This document shows, piece after piece, positions 1 through 9,751 of a DNA stretch of 64,000 nt (position 1 is its first letter; each line of letters opens with the position of its first letter). The stretch comes from Candidatus Eiseniibacteriota bacterium. Its GTDB lineage: Bacteria > Eisenbacteria > RBG-16-71-46. The stretch covers positions 937,551-1,001,550 of the forward strand of contig OY970342.1 in the NCBI GenBank assembly GCA_963717505.1, given 5' to 3'. A program made the position numbers and the translations under genes. Under the pieces are notes generated by a model, which was not told the origin of the DNA, did not search any database, and saw only the letters and a program-made list of their open reading frames with translations.

Positions 1-122
1 TCCTGCTGCATCTCAAGTCGGGGCCCACCGGCAAACGGACTTCCCGAGGTCGGCTTTTCGCATGGGGGACTAGCCATTAGAATCCCCCGGTCCTTCCCTA
101 CAACCCGTTTCGGGAGAACGCC

Positions 123-1103
123 TTGTCACGCATCCACGACGTCATCGTCCTGGGCTCCGGGCCGGCGGGTTACACCGCCGCCCTGTACGCCGCCCGGGCC
201 AATCTCAAGCCGCTCCTGATCGCCGGGTACCAGCAGGGGGGGCAGCTCACGATCACCACCGAGGTCGAGAATTACCCCGGATTCCGCGAGGCCATCCTCG
301 GCCCGGAACTCATGGAAATCATGAAGGACCAGGTGCTGCGCTTCGGCACCGAGATCGTCCAGGGCGCCGTCGAGCGCGTGGACTTCTCGAAGCGGCCCTT
401 CGCGGTCTGGACCGACGATGGCCAGGAGTTCCGCGGCCGCGCGGTGATCGTCGCCACCGGTGCTTCGGCCAAGTTGATCGGCGTGCCGAGCGAGGGCGAG
501 TTCATGGGCTTCGGCGTTTCGGCGTGCGCGACCTGCGATGGGTTCTTCTTCAAGAACCGGCGCGTGATGGTGGTGGGCGGCGGTGACACGGCGATGGAGG
601 AGGCCAACTACCTCACGCGTTTCACCTCGGAGGTCATCGTGGTGCATCGGCGAGATGCGCTGCGCGCCTCGAAGATCATGCAGGATCGGGCGCTCAAGAA
701 TCCCAAGATCAGCTTCCTGTGGAATCGCGAAGTCGCCGAATTCCTGGGGACCCCGCACAAGAAGCTCACCGGCGTCCGCCTGCGCGACACGCAGAACGGC
801 AAGGTCACGGAACACGAGATCGACGGTGTGTTCGTGGCGATCGGCCATCAACCCAACACCAAGTTCCTCGAGGGCCACATGCCGATGGACGCGCGCGGCT
901 ATCTTCGGATCGAACCCGGAACCTCGCGCACCCCGGTCGAGGGCGTGTTCGCCGCCGGGGACGTCGCAGACAGCGTCTATCGCCAGGCGGTGACCGCCGC
1001 CGGCACCGGATGCATGGCGGCGATTGACGCCGAACGCTGGCTCGAAGCCCAGGACGCGAGCGCCCACGACTCGGCCGCGGCCGCACCCGCGCGCACCACC
1101 TGA
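123..1103 (+). CDS. trxB: Thioredoxin-disulfide reductase (FAD/NAD(P)-dependent)
   Basis: Rossmann GSGPAGYTAA at the N-terminus. Redox-active CATCDG motif. Second NAD-binding GGGDTAMEEA. Typical 326-aa TrxB length. Apparent TTG start. Confidence 0.9.
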   Translation: MSRIHDVIVLGSGPAGYTAALYAARANLKPLLIAGYQQGGQLTITTEVENYPGFREAILGPELMEIMKDQVLRFGTEIVQGAVERVDFSKRPFAVWTDDGQEFRGRAVIVATGASAKLIGVPSEGEFMGFGVSACATCDGFFFKNRRVMVVGGGDTAMEEANYLTRFTSEVIVVHRRDALRASKIMQDRALKNPKISFLWNREVAEFLGTPHKKLTGVRLRDTQNGKVTEHEIDGVFVAIGHQPNTKFLEGHMPMDARGYLRIEPGTSRTPVEGVFAAGDVADSVYRQAVTAAGTGCMAAIDAERWLEAQDASAHDSAAAAPARTT

Positions 1104-1119
1104 ACCCGGAAGGACCGGG

Positions 1120-2811
1120 ATGGAACGTGAAGTTCTCGAGTTCGACGTCCAGTTCATCGGCGCGGGTCCGGCCGGCCTCGCCGGCGCCATCCATCTTGCG
1201 GACCTGATCGCCCGCCACGAGCAGGCGGTGGCGGCCGGCGCTCCCGGACGCACGCTCGGCGAAGTGACGATCGCCGTGCTCGAGAAGTCTGCGACGGTCG
1301 GCGCCCATGGCATCTCGGGTGCGGTCATGGACCCCCGCGCGATGCGCGAGCTGATTCCCGACTATCGCGAGCGCGGATGCCCGATCGAAAGCGACGCCGG
1401 ACGCGACGACGTCTACTTCCTGTGGCCCACCGGCCAGTTCCGCTTGCCGATCGTGCCGCCCCCGCTCGCGAACCACGGCAACCACGTCCTGTCGCTCGGC
1501 AACCTGGTCGCGTGGATGGCGGGAATCGCCGAAGAGAAGGGCGTTCTGGTGGCGACCGAGATGCCGGCGGCGCAACCGTTGGTCGAAGCCGGACGCGTGC
1601 TCGGGGTGCGGACCGGCGACAAGGGCGTCAACAAGCGCCGCGAGCCCAAGCCGAATTTCCAGCCGGGCGCCGACTGTCACGCCAAGCTCACGGTGTTGTG
1701 CGAGGGGCCGCGCGGCACGCTGGGCAAGGTGCTCGAACAGCAGCTCGGCCTGACCGTGGGACGCAATCCTCAGGTCTACTCGACCGGCGTCAAAGAGCTG
1801 TGGGAGATGCCGGCGGGACGGGTCGAGAAGGGGAGAGTGATCCACACCATGGGCTTCCCCCTTTCCAACGACACTTTCGGCGGCGGCTTCATCTACGGGA
1901 TGAACGACACGCACTGGTCGGTGGGTTTCGTCACCGGGCTCGACGCGCGCGATCCGAGAAACGATCCGCACGGCAACCTGCAGCGGTTCAAGACCCATCC
2001 ATTGGTCGAATCGCTGCTCAGGGGCGGCAAGGCGGTGGCCTATGGCGCGAAAGCGATCCCCGAGGGTGGCTATTGGTCGATGCCACGTCTGTGGGCCGAC
2101 GGCGTGCTGCTCGCCGGTGACACCGGCGGATTCCTGAACGGCGCCCGACTCAAAGGCATCCACCTCGCGATCAAGTCGGGGATGATGGCCGCCGAGACCG
2201 CGTTCGAATGTTTGCTGGCCGGTGACTTCTCGAAGGAGCGTCTGTCGGGCTACGAGAGGCGTTTCGAAGGCTCGTGGGCCGGCGCCGAGCTGCGCTCGGT
2301 CCGGAACTTCCACCAGGGTTTCGACCTCGGCCTGTTCGCCGGGATGTTCAACACCGGTGTTGCCCTGCTGACCGGCGGGCGCGACTGGCGGTTGCGCGAT
2401 CGCGCACCGGGACACCCCGGCCACGAGCGCATGCGCCGGCGCGGGCAATACGCCGACGGCGCGCCGCCCACGGTCAAGCCCGACGGGGTCCTTACCTTCG
2501 ACAAGCTGGCCGACGTCTACCTTTCCGGGACCCAACACGACGAAGACCAGCCGGTGCATCTCGTGGTCGCCGACACCAGCGTGTGCGCCACGCGCTGCCG
2601 CGAGGAGTACGGCAATCCCTGCCAGCATTTCTGTCCCGCGGCAGTCTACGAGATGGTTCCCGACGAATCCCGGGGTGCCGGGGCGCTGCGCCTGCACATC
2701 AACGCTTCGAATTGCGTCCACTGCAAGACCTGCGACATCGCCGATCCCTACCAGATCATCACCTGGGTCACGCCGGAAGGTGGCGGCGGCCCGCAGTACC
2801 GGAACCTATGA
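1120..2811 (+). CDS. Electron-transfer flavoprotein:ubiquinone oxidoreductase (ETF-QO)
   Basis: N-terminal FAD fold (VQFIGAGPAGLAGAIHLA). C-terminal 4Fe-4S ferredoxin-like domain with Cys cluster (CATRCREEYGNPCQHFCP ... CVHCKTCDIADP) characteristic of ETF-QO. First in-frame ATG at 1120 follows the trxB stop. Confidence 0.85.
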   Translation: MEREVLEFDVQFIGAGPAGLAGAIHLADLIARHEQAVAAGAPGRTLGEVTIAVLEKSATVGAHGISGAVMDPRAMRELIPDYRERGCPIESDAGRDDVYFLWPTGQFRLPIVPPPLANHGNHVLSLGNLVAWMAGIAEEKGVLVATEMPAAQPLVEAGRVLGVRTGDKGVNKRREPKPNFQPGADCHAKLTVLCEGPRGTLGKVLEQQLGLTVGRNPQVYSTGVKELWEMPAGRVEKGRVIHTMGFPLSNDTFGGGFIYGMNDTHWSVGFVTGLDARDPRNDPHGNLQRFKTHPLVESLLRGGKAVAYGAKAIPEGGYWSMPRLWADGVLLAGDTGGFLNGARLKGIHLAIKSGMMAAETAFECLLAGDFSKERLSGYERRFEGSWAGAELRSVRNFHQGFDLGLFAGMFNTGVALLTGGRDWRLRDRAPGHPGHERMRRRGQYADGAPPTVKPDGVLTFDKLADVYLSGTQHDEDQPVHLVVADTSVCATRCREEYGNPCQHFCPAAVYEMVPDESRGAGALRLHINASNCVHCKTCDIADPYQIITWVTPEGGGGPQYRNL

Positions 2812-3746
2812 TCCGCTCGTTGCTCATCGTTCTCGCCGCACTGCTGCTCGCCGGCTGTTCGATCAAGAAGATGGCGACCAAGAGCATGGCCGACGCGCTG
2901 ACCAGCGGACAGGACGTGTTCGGCACCGACAACGATCCCGAGCTGGTGCGTGACGCGTTGCCGTTCGGACTCAAGACGCTCGAGTCGCTGCTGGCCGAGC
3001 TGCCGAACCATCGAGGCCTGTTGTTGTCTGCGTGTCGCGGATTCACGCAATACGGCTTCGCGTTCGTCCAGGGCGAGGCGGCCTACGTCGAGGCGCGCGA
3101 CTACGACCGCGCTCAGGAGATGCGGGCGCGCGCGCTCCAGCTCTACCTGCGCGCCCGCGGTTATGGACTCCGTGGACTCGAGCTGTCGAATCGCGGGATC
3201 AGCGCGGCGCTGCCGGTGAACCCGGATTCCGCGGCGCGCGCGATCAAGCAGGAGAACCTGGATCTGCTCTACTGGACCGCGGCGTCCTGGGGTGCCGCGA
3301 TCGGCGTCGGCATGGACCGGCCCGAGCTGACCGCCGACGTCAGCGTGGTCCGGTCGTTGATGCAGCGCGGCCTCGAGCTTGACGAGACCTACGATGGCGG
3401 GGCGTTTCACGAGGCGATGCTGATCCTCGAGTCGGCGCCGGCGGTGATGGGCGGGTCGATCGCGCGGGCGCGCGAACATTTTGCCCGGGCGGTACAACTT
3501 TCAGGTGGACGGAAGGCGAGTCCCTACGTCACGCTGGCCGAGGCGATTTCGGTCCAGACTCAGGACCGCGCCGAGTTCTCCGCCATGCTGGAGAAAGCGC
3601 TGGCGGTCGATCCCGAAGCCGACCCGCCCAATCGGCTGGCCAATATCGTGGTACAAAAGAAGGCGCGCTGGCTGCTGAGCCGCGCCGACGAGTTGTTCCT
3701 GGACTCCCCGGTCGATGCTCCCATCGAGGAAGGTTCGAAACGATGA
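2808..3746 (+). CDS. TatT-like TPR lipoprotein, TRAP-transporter-associated T component
   Basis: Signal peptide plus lipobox (LLLAGCS). Helical TPR-like repeats. Start ATG overlaps the ETF-QO stop (ATGA) and its stop overlaps the dctP-like start (ATGA). Position directly upstream of a DctP/DctQM pair matches the tetratricopeptide-associated TRAP transporter arrangement. Confidence 0.55.
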   Translation: MIRSLLIVLAALLLAGCSIKKMATKSMADALTSGQDVFGTDNDPELVRDALPFGLKTLESLLAELPNHRGLLLSACRGFTQYGFAFVQGEAAYVEARDYDRAQEMRARALQLYLRARGYGLRGLELSNRGISAALPVNPDSAARAIKQENLDLLYWTAASWGAAIGVGMDRPELTADVSVVRSLMQRGLELDETYDGGAFHEAMLILESAPAVMGGSIARAREHFARAVQLSGGRKASPYVTLAEAISVQTQDRAEFSAMLEKALAVDPEADPPNRLANIVVQKKARWLLSRADELFLDSPVDAPIEEGSKR

Positions 3747-4771
3747 AACGATGGAACGCGATACACACGATGACCGCACTGTTGGCGCTGCCGCTCGCCG
3801 GGGTACCGGCGCCCGCCGCCGCCCAGGAGCAAGTCGTCAAGCTCGCGACGCTGGTGCCCGAAGGATCGGTGTGGCACAAGGCGCTGCGTGACCTCGGCGA
3901 CGGCTGGAACCGCGGCACCACCGCCCGCGTCGCGTTGCGCATCTATCCCGGAGGCGTTGCGGGCGACGAGCCCGACATGGTGCGCAAGATGCGGATCGGG
4001 CAGATCCAGGCGGCGGCGCTGACCATCACCGGCCTGGCCGAGATCGATCCGGCGTTCGACGTATTCGGCATCCCGATGATGTTCGACTCGTATCCCGAGC
4101 TGTTCTACGTGCTGGACAAGATGGAGCCGGTGCTGCGACAGCGTCTCGACGAGAAGGGCTTCGTGCTGCTCAACTGGGGGCACGGCGGCTGGGTCTACTT
4201 CTTCAGCAAGCAGCCGATCCAGTCACTCGCCGACCTCAAGAAGGTCAAGATGTTCGTCTGGGCTGGGGACGATCGCAGCGTCCAGATATGGAAGGCCGTC
4301 GGCTTCCAGCCGGTGGCGCTGGCCGCAACCGACATCCTTCCCGGTCTCAACACCGGCATGATCGACGCCCTGCCCACCACGCCGCTCGCGGCGGCGGCAC
4401 TCCAGTGGTTTCGGCAGACCCCGTACATGGCCGACGTCGGGCTCGGCCCGCTGGTCGGCGGCCTGATCATGACCAAGGCCGCCTGGAAGAAGATCTCCGA
4501 AGCCGACCGCGCAGCGATCCAGAAGGTGTGCAAGTCGACCGAGGCGCGCCTGATGCGTGAAGTGCCCGCACAGGATTCGACCTCGGTGCGCGAGATGCAG
4601 GCGCGCTCGCTCAAGGTCACCAAGATCCCGGCCGCGGACCAGCCGGCATGGCGCAAGCTCGCCGACGACTACGGCGCTCGCATGGAGGGCACGGTTCCCG
4701 CCGAAATCATGGCCCTCGCGCTGCGCGAACGCGACGCATTCCGCAAGCAGGCTGCGGCGGGCGGACACTGA
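3743..4771 (+). CDS. TRAP transporter solute-binding protein (DctP family)
   Basis: Signal peptide, then a DctP-type periplasmic binding fold (LATLVPEGSVWH, RIYPGGVAGDEPDMVRKMRIGQIQAA). Operon position before a fused DctQ-DctM permease. Confidence 0.85.
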   Translation: MKRWNAIHTMTALLALPLAGVPAPAAAQEQVVKLATLVPEGSVWHKALRDLGDGWNRGTTARVALRIYPGGVAGDEPDMVRKMRIGQIQAAALTITGLAEIDPAFDVFGIPMMFDSYPELFYVLDKMEPVLRQRLDEKGFVLLNWGHGGWVYFFSKQPIQSLADLKKVKMFVWAGDDRSVQIWKAVGFQPVALAATDILPGLNTGMIDALPTTPLAAAALQWFRQTPYMADVGLGPLVGGLIMTKAAWKKISEADRAAIQKVCKSTEARLMREVPAQDSTSVREMQARSLKVTKIPAADQPAWRKLADDYGARMEGTVPAEIMALALRERDAFRKQAAAGGH

Positions 4772-4816
4772 CCGCGCCGCCCAGCCCGTGACCGTCCCGC
4801 CCGCGACACTCGAACG

Positions 4817-6610
4817 TTGAAACACCTCGGCCGCCTCGAAGCCTGGATCGCGAGTCTTGCGCTCGCGGCCATGGTCCTCCTGCCGCTCGCGGAGATCGTC
4901 GCGCGACAGGTGTTCGACATCGGGATTCCGGGATCGGGCCCGTTCGTCCAACATTTGACGCTGTGGGTCGGCTTCCTGGGCGCCGCGATCGCCGCGCGCG
5001 AGGGTCGTCTGCTCACGCTCGCGACCACCGAGTACCTGCCCGAGGGCTTCTGGCGACGCGCGGCGCACACCGTGTCGTCGATGGTCGCGGCGGCGATCAC
5101 CGCGCTGCTCGCGCGCGCCTCGCTCCAGCTGGTCCTGGTCGAGCGCGACTCGGGAACCATGGTCGCCATGGTTCCGGCCTGGATCGCGCAGCTCGTGTTG
5201 CCGCTGTCGTTCGCGCTGATCGCGCTGCGGCTGGTGTGGCGGGCCGGCAACACCTGGGCGCCGCGCGTGCTGGCGGCACTCGGACTGATCGGGGGCGTCG
5301 CACTCGGGCAGTACCCGCAGGTGATGGAGTCGATTCCGTCCTGGCCCGGGCTGGTCGTCGTGTTGGTCGGCTCGGCGCTCGGCGGACCGATCTTCACCAT
5401 GCTCGGCGGCGTCGCGGTGCTGCTGTTCATGAAGGACGGCGTGCCGATCGCGGCCATGCCGGTCGAGACCTACCGGCTCGCAGTGTCGCCCACGCTCGCG
5501 GCGATCCCGCTGTTCACACTCACCGGCTATCTGTTGTCGGAGAGCCGAGCGTCCGAGCGGCTGGTCGCGGTGTTCCGCGCGTTTTTCGGCTGGTTCCCGG
5601 GCGGCACCGCGGTGGTGGTCGCCGTGGTGTGCGCGTTCTTCACCGCGTTCACCGGCGGCTCGGGCGTCACCATCCTGGCGCTCGGCGCACTGCTCTACCA
5701 GGCGCTCCAGCAGGACCGCTATCGCGACCGGTTCTCTCTCGGACTGTTGACCGCGTGCGGCTCGCTCGGGCTGCTGTTCCCGCCGTCGCTGCCGCTGATC
5801 CTCTACGGCATCGTCGCCCAGATCCCGATCGAGGATCTATTCATCGCCGGCATCCTGCCCGGGTTTCTGTTGCTCGCGATGGTGGCGTTCTGGGGCGCCC
5901 GCGAAGGCATGGTCACCGGCGCCGGCCGGCAGACGTTCCGCTGGGACGAGGCGGTGCGCTCGCTGCGTGGCGCCGCGTTCGAGCTGATGATGCCGGTGGT
6001 CGTGTTGATCGCGATCTTCGGCGGCTTCGCGACCATCGTCGAAGCCTCGGCGCTCACTGCGCTCTATGCGTTCGTCGTCCAGGTGTTCGTCAAGCGCGAT
6101 CTGTCGCTGACCCGCGACATCCCGCGGGTGTTCGCGCATTCGGTGCTGCTGATCGGCGGCGTCCTGGTGATCCTCGGCGTGGCGATGGGACTCAGCAGCT
6201 ACATGGTCGACGCCCAGATCCCGGCGCGGCTGGTCGAGTGGACGCGGGAACGGGTGCACTCGCCGCTGATGTTCCTGCTCGCGCTCAACGTGTTCCTGCT
6301 GATCGTCGGCTGCCTGATCGACATCTTCTCGGCGACCGTGGTGGTGGTGCCGTTGATCGTGCCGCTCGGGATGGTGTTCGGCATCCACCCGGTCCACCTC
6401 GGCATCATCTTCGTCGCCAATCTCGAGCTGGGCTACCTGACGCCGCCGGTCGGCCTCAACTTGTTCTTGTCGTCGTACCGCTTCCACAAGCCGGTGCTCG
6501 AGGTCGCGCGCGCTTCGATGCCGATGCTGCTCATCCTCGGGATCGGCGTGCTGGTGATCACCTACCTGCCGTGGCTGACCACCGGGCTGCTATCGCTGCT
6601 CGGGCGCTAA
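4817..6610 (+). CDS. TRAP transporter fused small/large permease (DctQ-DctM)
   Basis: 597-aa polytopic membrane protein. N-terminal DctQ-like 4-TM segment followed by a DctM-like 12-TM domain. TTG start. Confidence 0.85.
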   Translation: MKHLGRLEAWIASLALAAMVLLPLAEIVARQVFDIGIPGSGPFVQHLTLWVGFLGAAIAAREGRLLTLATTEYLPEGFWRRAAHTVSSMVAAAITALLARASLQLVLVERDSGTMVAMVPAWIAQLVLPLSFALIALRLVWRAGNTWAPRVLAALGLIGGVALGQYPQVMESIPSWPGLVVVLVGSALGGPIFTMLGGVAVLLFMKDGVPIAAMPVETYRLAVSPTLAAIPLFTLTGYLLSESRASERLVAVFRAFFGWFPGGTAVVVAVVCAFFTAFTGGSGVTILALGALLYQALQQDRYRDRFSLGLLTACGSLGLLFPPSLPLILYGIVAQIPIEDLFIAGILPGFLLLAMVAFWGAREGMVTGAGRQTFRWDEAVRSLRGAAFELMMPVVVLIAIFGGFATIVEASALTALYAFVVQVFVKRDLSLTRDIPRVFAHSVLLIGGVLVILGVAMGLSSYMVDAQIPARLVEWTRERVHSPLMFLLALNVFLLIVGCLIDIFSATVVVVPLIVPLGMVFGIHPVHLGIIFVANLELGYLTPPVGLNLFLSSYRFHKPVLEVARASMPMLLILGIGVLVITYLPWLTTGLLSLLGR

Positions 6611-6614
6611 CAGC

Positions 6615-8225
6615 CTAGAAGGTCCAGCTCAGTCCCGCGTATTCCTGGTGCGTGGTCACCGCACCACCGTGCGTGCGTTCGTAGCTGAGCGACAGATACC
6701 AGAGGGCGCCCATCGCGAGGTCAACGTCGGCGCTCTCCCACACGGCGTGCTCCTCGAGTCCCGTGACCTGCTCGCGGGTATTGCGGGCGCCACCGGCGAA
6801 TTCCAGGTGCATTCCGGTCATCGGGTCGGCGCCCAATCCGACCGACACCAGGTTCGACGACGTGATCGAGCCGTCCGCCATTCCGCCGCGCAGCCGAAGC
6901 GTGGCCATGAGTGACGTCACCCGCATCAGCTCGATCGTACCGGTCGCCGACTGGGTTCGATCGTCCGCGTCCGTGCCATGTGCGCGACCCTCGGCAGAGA
7001 GGCGCAGGTGCCGGTTGGCGCGCACCGAGACTCCGAGCCAGCCGCCCCGGCGGTACCGATCGTCAAACGCGTCCTCGGGCGTGTAGCGATCCCACCAGAG
7101 CCTGACGTTGCGACGCGCGTCGTAGCCGGCAGACAGCTCGACCGGCTTGGAGATCGTGATTCGTCCCAGTACGAACGTGCTGGTGAGCGAGACGGCCGGC
7201 TCTCCGGCCGCGCGCTTCCAGCCGCGAGCCACGTCCACTTCCTGCGATCCGGAAAGGAACCAGCGCTCGTCGGACAGGAAGCCGTGGACGAAGGCGAAAT
7301 CACGATTCGGATTGCCCCCGTGGTACGAAGACACGGCACCGGTGCTCACCGCCCAACGTCGTCGCCCCGCCGGAGCCGGACCGGATCGCCACTCCACGCC
7401 CGCGCCGTGCTGCATGATCTCGCTCGATATCTTGAGCGTCACCGGATCGGGCTGTAGTCCCCCGAACAGACGGACCGACATGCGCGACAACCGGAATTCT
7501 CCGAGCGCCCCGTCGAACAGATTGACCGCCGAGAAGCCGTCAGTGCGCTGCCGGCCGAGCGTCAGGTTCCAGCGGGAGCGCGGGTCGTGCAGGGTCCCCG
7601 ACAGGCGATAGACGCGTGCCAGACTCCGTTCTCCATCCGCGGGATTCCCTCCTACGAAGGTCCTGCGACTGCGCACATCGGCGCTGAAGTCCAGTCGTCG
7701 GGCGGGATCAATGCGATCGACGCGCAAGTCGAGCGCCGGCTGTGCGTAACCCATCCCGGTGCCTCCCTGAACCGCGAGCATCCGCAACCCGGCACGCCCG
7801 CGCAGTCCCTGAATCACCCGCCCCGAGGGAACCACCGGCGTCGCGCGGCCCTGCGCGGGCATCGCGCTCGTCGGCGGCACCTCGGGGCTGATGGGCCCCG
7901 CGGCCACGGGCGGCGGCGCTTCATGCGGTGTGAAACGGACGACGTCACCGACGATCGGGAAGACCCGGACGTTGAACGTGTCGCAGGATGCCCGTTGCGA
8001 AGACAGGAACGACACCCTCAGGTTCGCAATCACGGCCCCACCACGGACGACCTCCAGCGAATCCCCGGCCAGGAGGCCGTCGACCCGGCCGGCATTGACG
8101 TACACCGAGCCCCCCGCGAGGTAGGACACCTGGGTCGAGCGGGTCGCGGCCGATGCCGCCGCGGCCCCGAGCGCGATCAGGATGCCGGCCACCGCCGCAA
8201 TCGAGAGGGTGCACTGCCGGGGCAT
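6615..8225 (-). CDS. Outer-membrane beta-barrel protein, putative porin partner of the multiheme cytochromes
   Basis: 537 aa. Signal peptide (MPRQCTLSIAAVAGILIALGAAAASAA). Pro/Thr-rich linker. Alternating amphipathic beta-strand pattern. C-terminal aromatic terminus (...YAGLSWTF) typical of OM beta-barrels. Its ATG overlaps the TGA of the upstream cytochrome gene (TGATG). Confidence 0.55.
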   Translation of the reverse strand: MPRQCTLSIAAVAGILIALGAAAASAATRSTQVSYLAGGSVYVNAGRVDGLLAGDSLEVVRGGAVIANLRVSFLSSQRASCDTFNVRVFPIVGDVVRFTPHEAPPPVAAGPISPEVPPTSAMPAQGRATPVVPSGRVIQGLRGRAGLRMLAVQGGTGMGYAQPALDLRVDRIDPARRLDFSADVRSRRTFVGGNPADGERSLARVYRLSGTLHDPRSRWNLTLGRQRTDGFSAVNLFDGALGEFRLSRMSVRLFGGLQPDPVTLKISSEIMQHGAGVEWRSGPAPAGRRRWAVSTGAVSSYHGGNPNRDFAFVHGFLSDERWFLSGSQEVDVARGWKRAAGEPAVSLTSTFVLGRITISKPVELSAGYDARRNVRLWWDRYTPEDAFDDRYRRGGWLGVSVRANRHLRLSAEGRAHGTDADDRTQSATGTIELMRVTSLMATLRLRGGMADGSITSSNLVSVGLGADPMTGMHLEFAGGARNTREQVTGLEEHAVWESADVDLAMGALWYLSLSYERTHGGAVTTHQEYAGLSWTF

Positions 8226-9751
8226 CAGCTCCGACCCCGCGGATGGCACGAGAAGCACGCATTGCTTTCGTATTGGTATCCCGACTCGCCGTTGTGATCG
8301 CCATCGGTTTTGGCGCGATCGCTGTGCGGATGACAGGTCAAACAGGTGAACACCGAGAGGTTGGTCGGGTTGGTGTGACAGTCGGAGCAGGCGTCCCATT
8401 TTCCATTGTGCGCTCCGCTGTGGATCGGGAAGAAGTTCGTGTCGTGGTCGAACGTCGCGCCGGTCCAGGTCACGGTCGAGTGACAGGTGACGCAGTCGGT
8501 GTTGAATCCGGCCGCGGCATGCGCTGGGTTCGTCGTGCCGTCGTAGTCCGCCCGATGGCACGAGATGCACGCCGCGCTCTTCCCCTGGTAGACCCCGTCG
8601 CCGTGGCAGCTCGCGCACACCGCAGCCTGATGGGCCCCGGTCAGCGGGAAGCCGGTCATGGAATGGTCGAACACGGCTCCGCCCCAGGTGATCGTCGAGT
8701 GACAGGTCATGCAGTTCGTGCTGAACCCGGCGGATCGGTGGACCGGATCGGAGGTTCCATCGTAGTCCGCTTGGTGACAAGACACGCATGCGGTGCTCTT
8801 GCCGTCGTAGACGCCGTCGCCGTGGCAACTCATGCACGCTGCCGATTGGTGGGCGCCGGTCAGCGGGAACGCGGTCAACGAATGATCGAATGGACTTCCG
8901 CCCCAGGCGGTCGTGGTGTGGCAGGTGATGCAGTTGGTGCTGAACCCCGCCGAGCGGTGCTCCGGATCGGTGGTTCGGTCGTAGTCCTCCTGGTGACAGG
9001 ACACGCACGCCGTGTTCTTTCCATTGTAGACACCATCTCCGTGACAGCTCATGCACGCCACGGATCGATGGGCGCCACTCAGCGGGAACGCGGTCAAGGA
9101 GTGATCGAAGGTCGCGGTCTTCCACCCGATGGAGTTGTGGCAGGTCGCGCACTCGGTCGGGAACCCGCCGCCCCGGTGATCCGGGGTGCGCGCCGCGTCG
9201 TAGTCCTTCATGTGACAGCTCTGGCAGTCGGCCTGCGTATTCAGGAACTGCATCTGACCCTGGGCTGCCGGCGGGTGGCAGGTCTCGCAATCCAGGGTCG
9301 CGTGGAAGCCGGTGAGCGGGAACGCCGTGAGCTGGTGCGCCTGGACCATGGGCGCGCGATCCACGAAGCTGCGGGAACCGTGGCAGCGCGCACAATCGGT
9401 GCCGAACTCGCCCAGGTGCGGATCCTCGTGGCAGGAGGCGCACCGGGGCTCGGTCCGGCGGAACTCGAGACTCGAATGGCACGAGCGGCAGTCGGCGGCG
9501 GCGTGAGCGCCCGCCAACTCGAATCCGAACTTCCCGTGGTCGAACTTGGGGCTGATCTTCGCCGGCTTCCAGGCGTTGGCCTCGTGACAGAGCGCACAAT
9601 CCTCGCGGAAGTCGCCGTGGGGGTTGTTGTCCTTCGCCCGATCGGCGGCCAGCGCCGCCATCGCCAACGCCGCGAGCGGCGTCAACACAACCGCAGCAAT
9701 CGCAAAGCGGCCCCACGTCCGGCGACGTTGATTGTCAGTGCGCGGAATCAT
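8225..9751 (-). CDS. Multiheme c-type cytochrome (19 CXXCH), periplasmic or secreted
   Basis: 508 aa. N-terminal signal/anchor. 19 CXXCH heme-binding motifs. Three near-identical 73-aa triheme repeat units (FDHS[LM]T.FPL.GAH...C.SCHGDGVY.GK..AC.SCH..DYD.T..P.H..AGF.T.C.TCH). Confidence 0.85.
   Translation of the reverse strand: MIPRTDNQRRRTWGRFAIAAVVLTPLAALAMAALAADRAKDNNPHGDFREDCALCHEANAWKPAKISPKFDHGKFGFELAGAHAAADCRSCHSSLEFRRTEPRCASCHEDPHLGEFGTDCARCHGSRSFVDRAPMVQAHQLTAFPLTGFHATLDCETCHPPAAQGQMQFLNTQADCQSCHMKDYDAARTPDHRGGGFPTECATCHNSIGWKTATFDHSLTAFPLSGAHRSVACMSCHGDGVYNGKNTACVSCHQEDYDRTTDPEHRSAGFSTNCITCHTTTAWGGSPFDHSLTAFPLTGAHQSAACMSCHGDGVYDGKSTACVSCHQADYDGTSDPVHRSAGFSTNCMTCHSTITWGGAVFDHSMTGFPLTGAHQAAVCASCHGDGVYQGKSAACISCHRADYDGTTNPAHAAAGFNTDCVTCHSTVTWTGATFDHDTNFFPIHSGAHNGKWDACSDCHTNPTNLSVFTCLTCHPHSDRAKTDGDHNGESGYQYESNACFSCHPRGRS
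8453..9109 (-). repeat. Intragenic tandem repeat: three ~219-bp units each encoding a triheme module
   Basis: Residues 215-287, 288-360 and 361-433 of the 19-heme cytochrome are >75% identical to each other. The underlying DNA is visibly repetitive. Diverged copies flank on both sides. Confidence 0.6.

Noticed and set aside
805-2721. Long antisense ORFs, for example 805-2721(-), 4963-6618(+), 17783-22168(-), 31207-34647(+), 12654-14108(+), 23125-25197(+) and 27873-30014(-)
   Set aside because: They have Arg/Ala/Gly/Pro-rich low-complexity composition, no recognisable domains and no signal or TM logic. They sit opposite well-supported genes, the standard artefact of 70%-GC DNA with few stop codons.
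6615-9716. 1033-aa ORF on the minus strand spanning the barrel gene and most of the 19-heme cytochrome gene
   Set aside because: Its upstream two-thirds is an out-of-frame read-through of the cytochrome gene, with Cys/Arg/Gly-rich nonsense and no CXXCH periodicity. The real barrel gene starts at the ATG at 8225, where a signal peptide begins.
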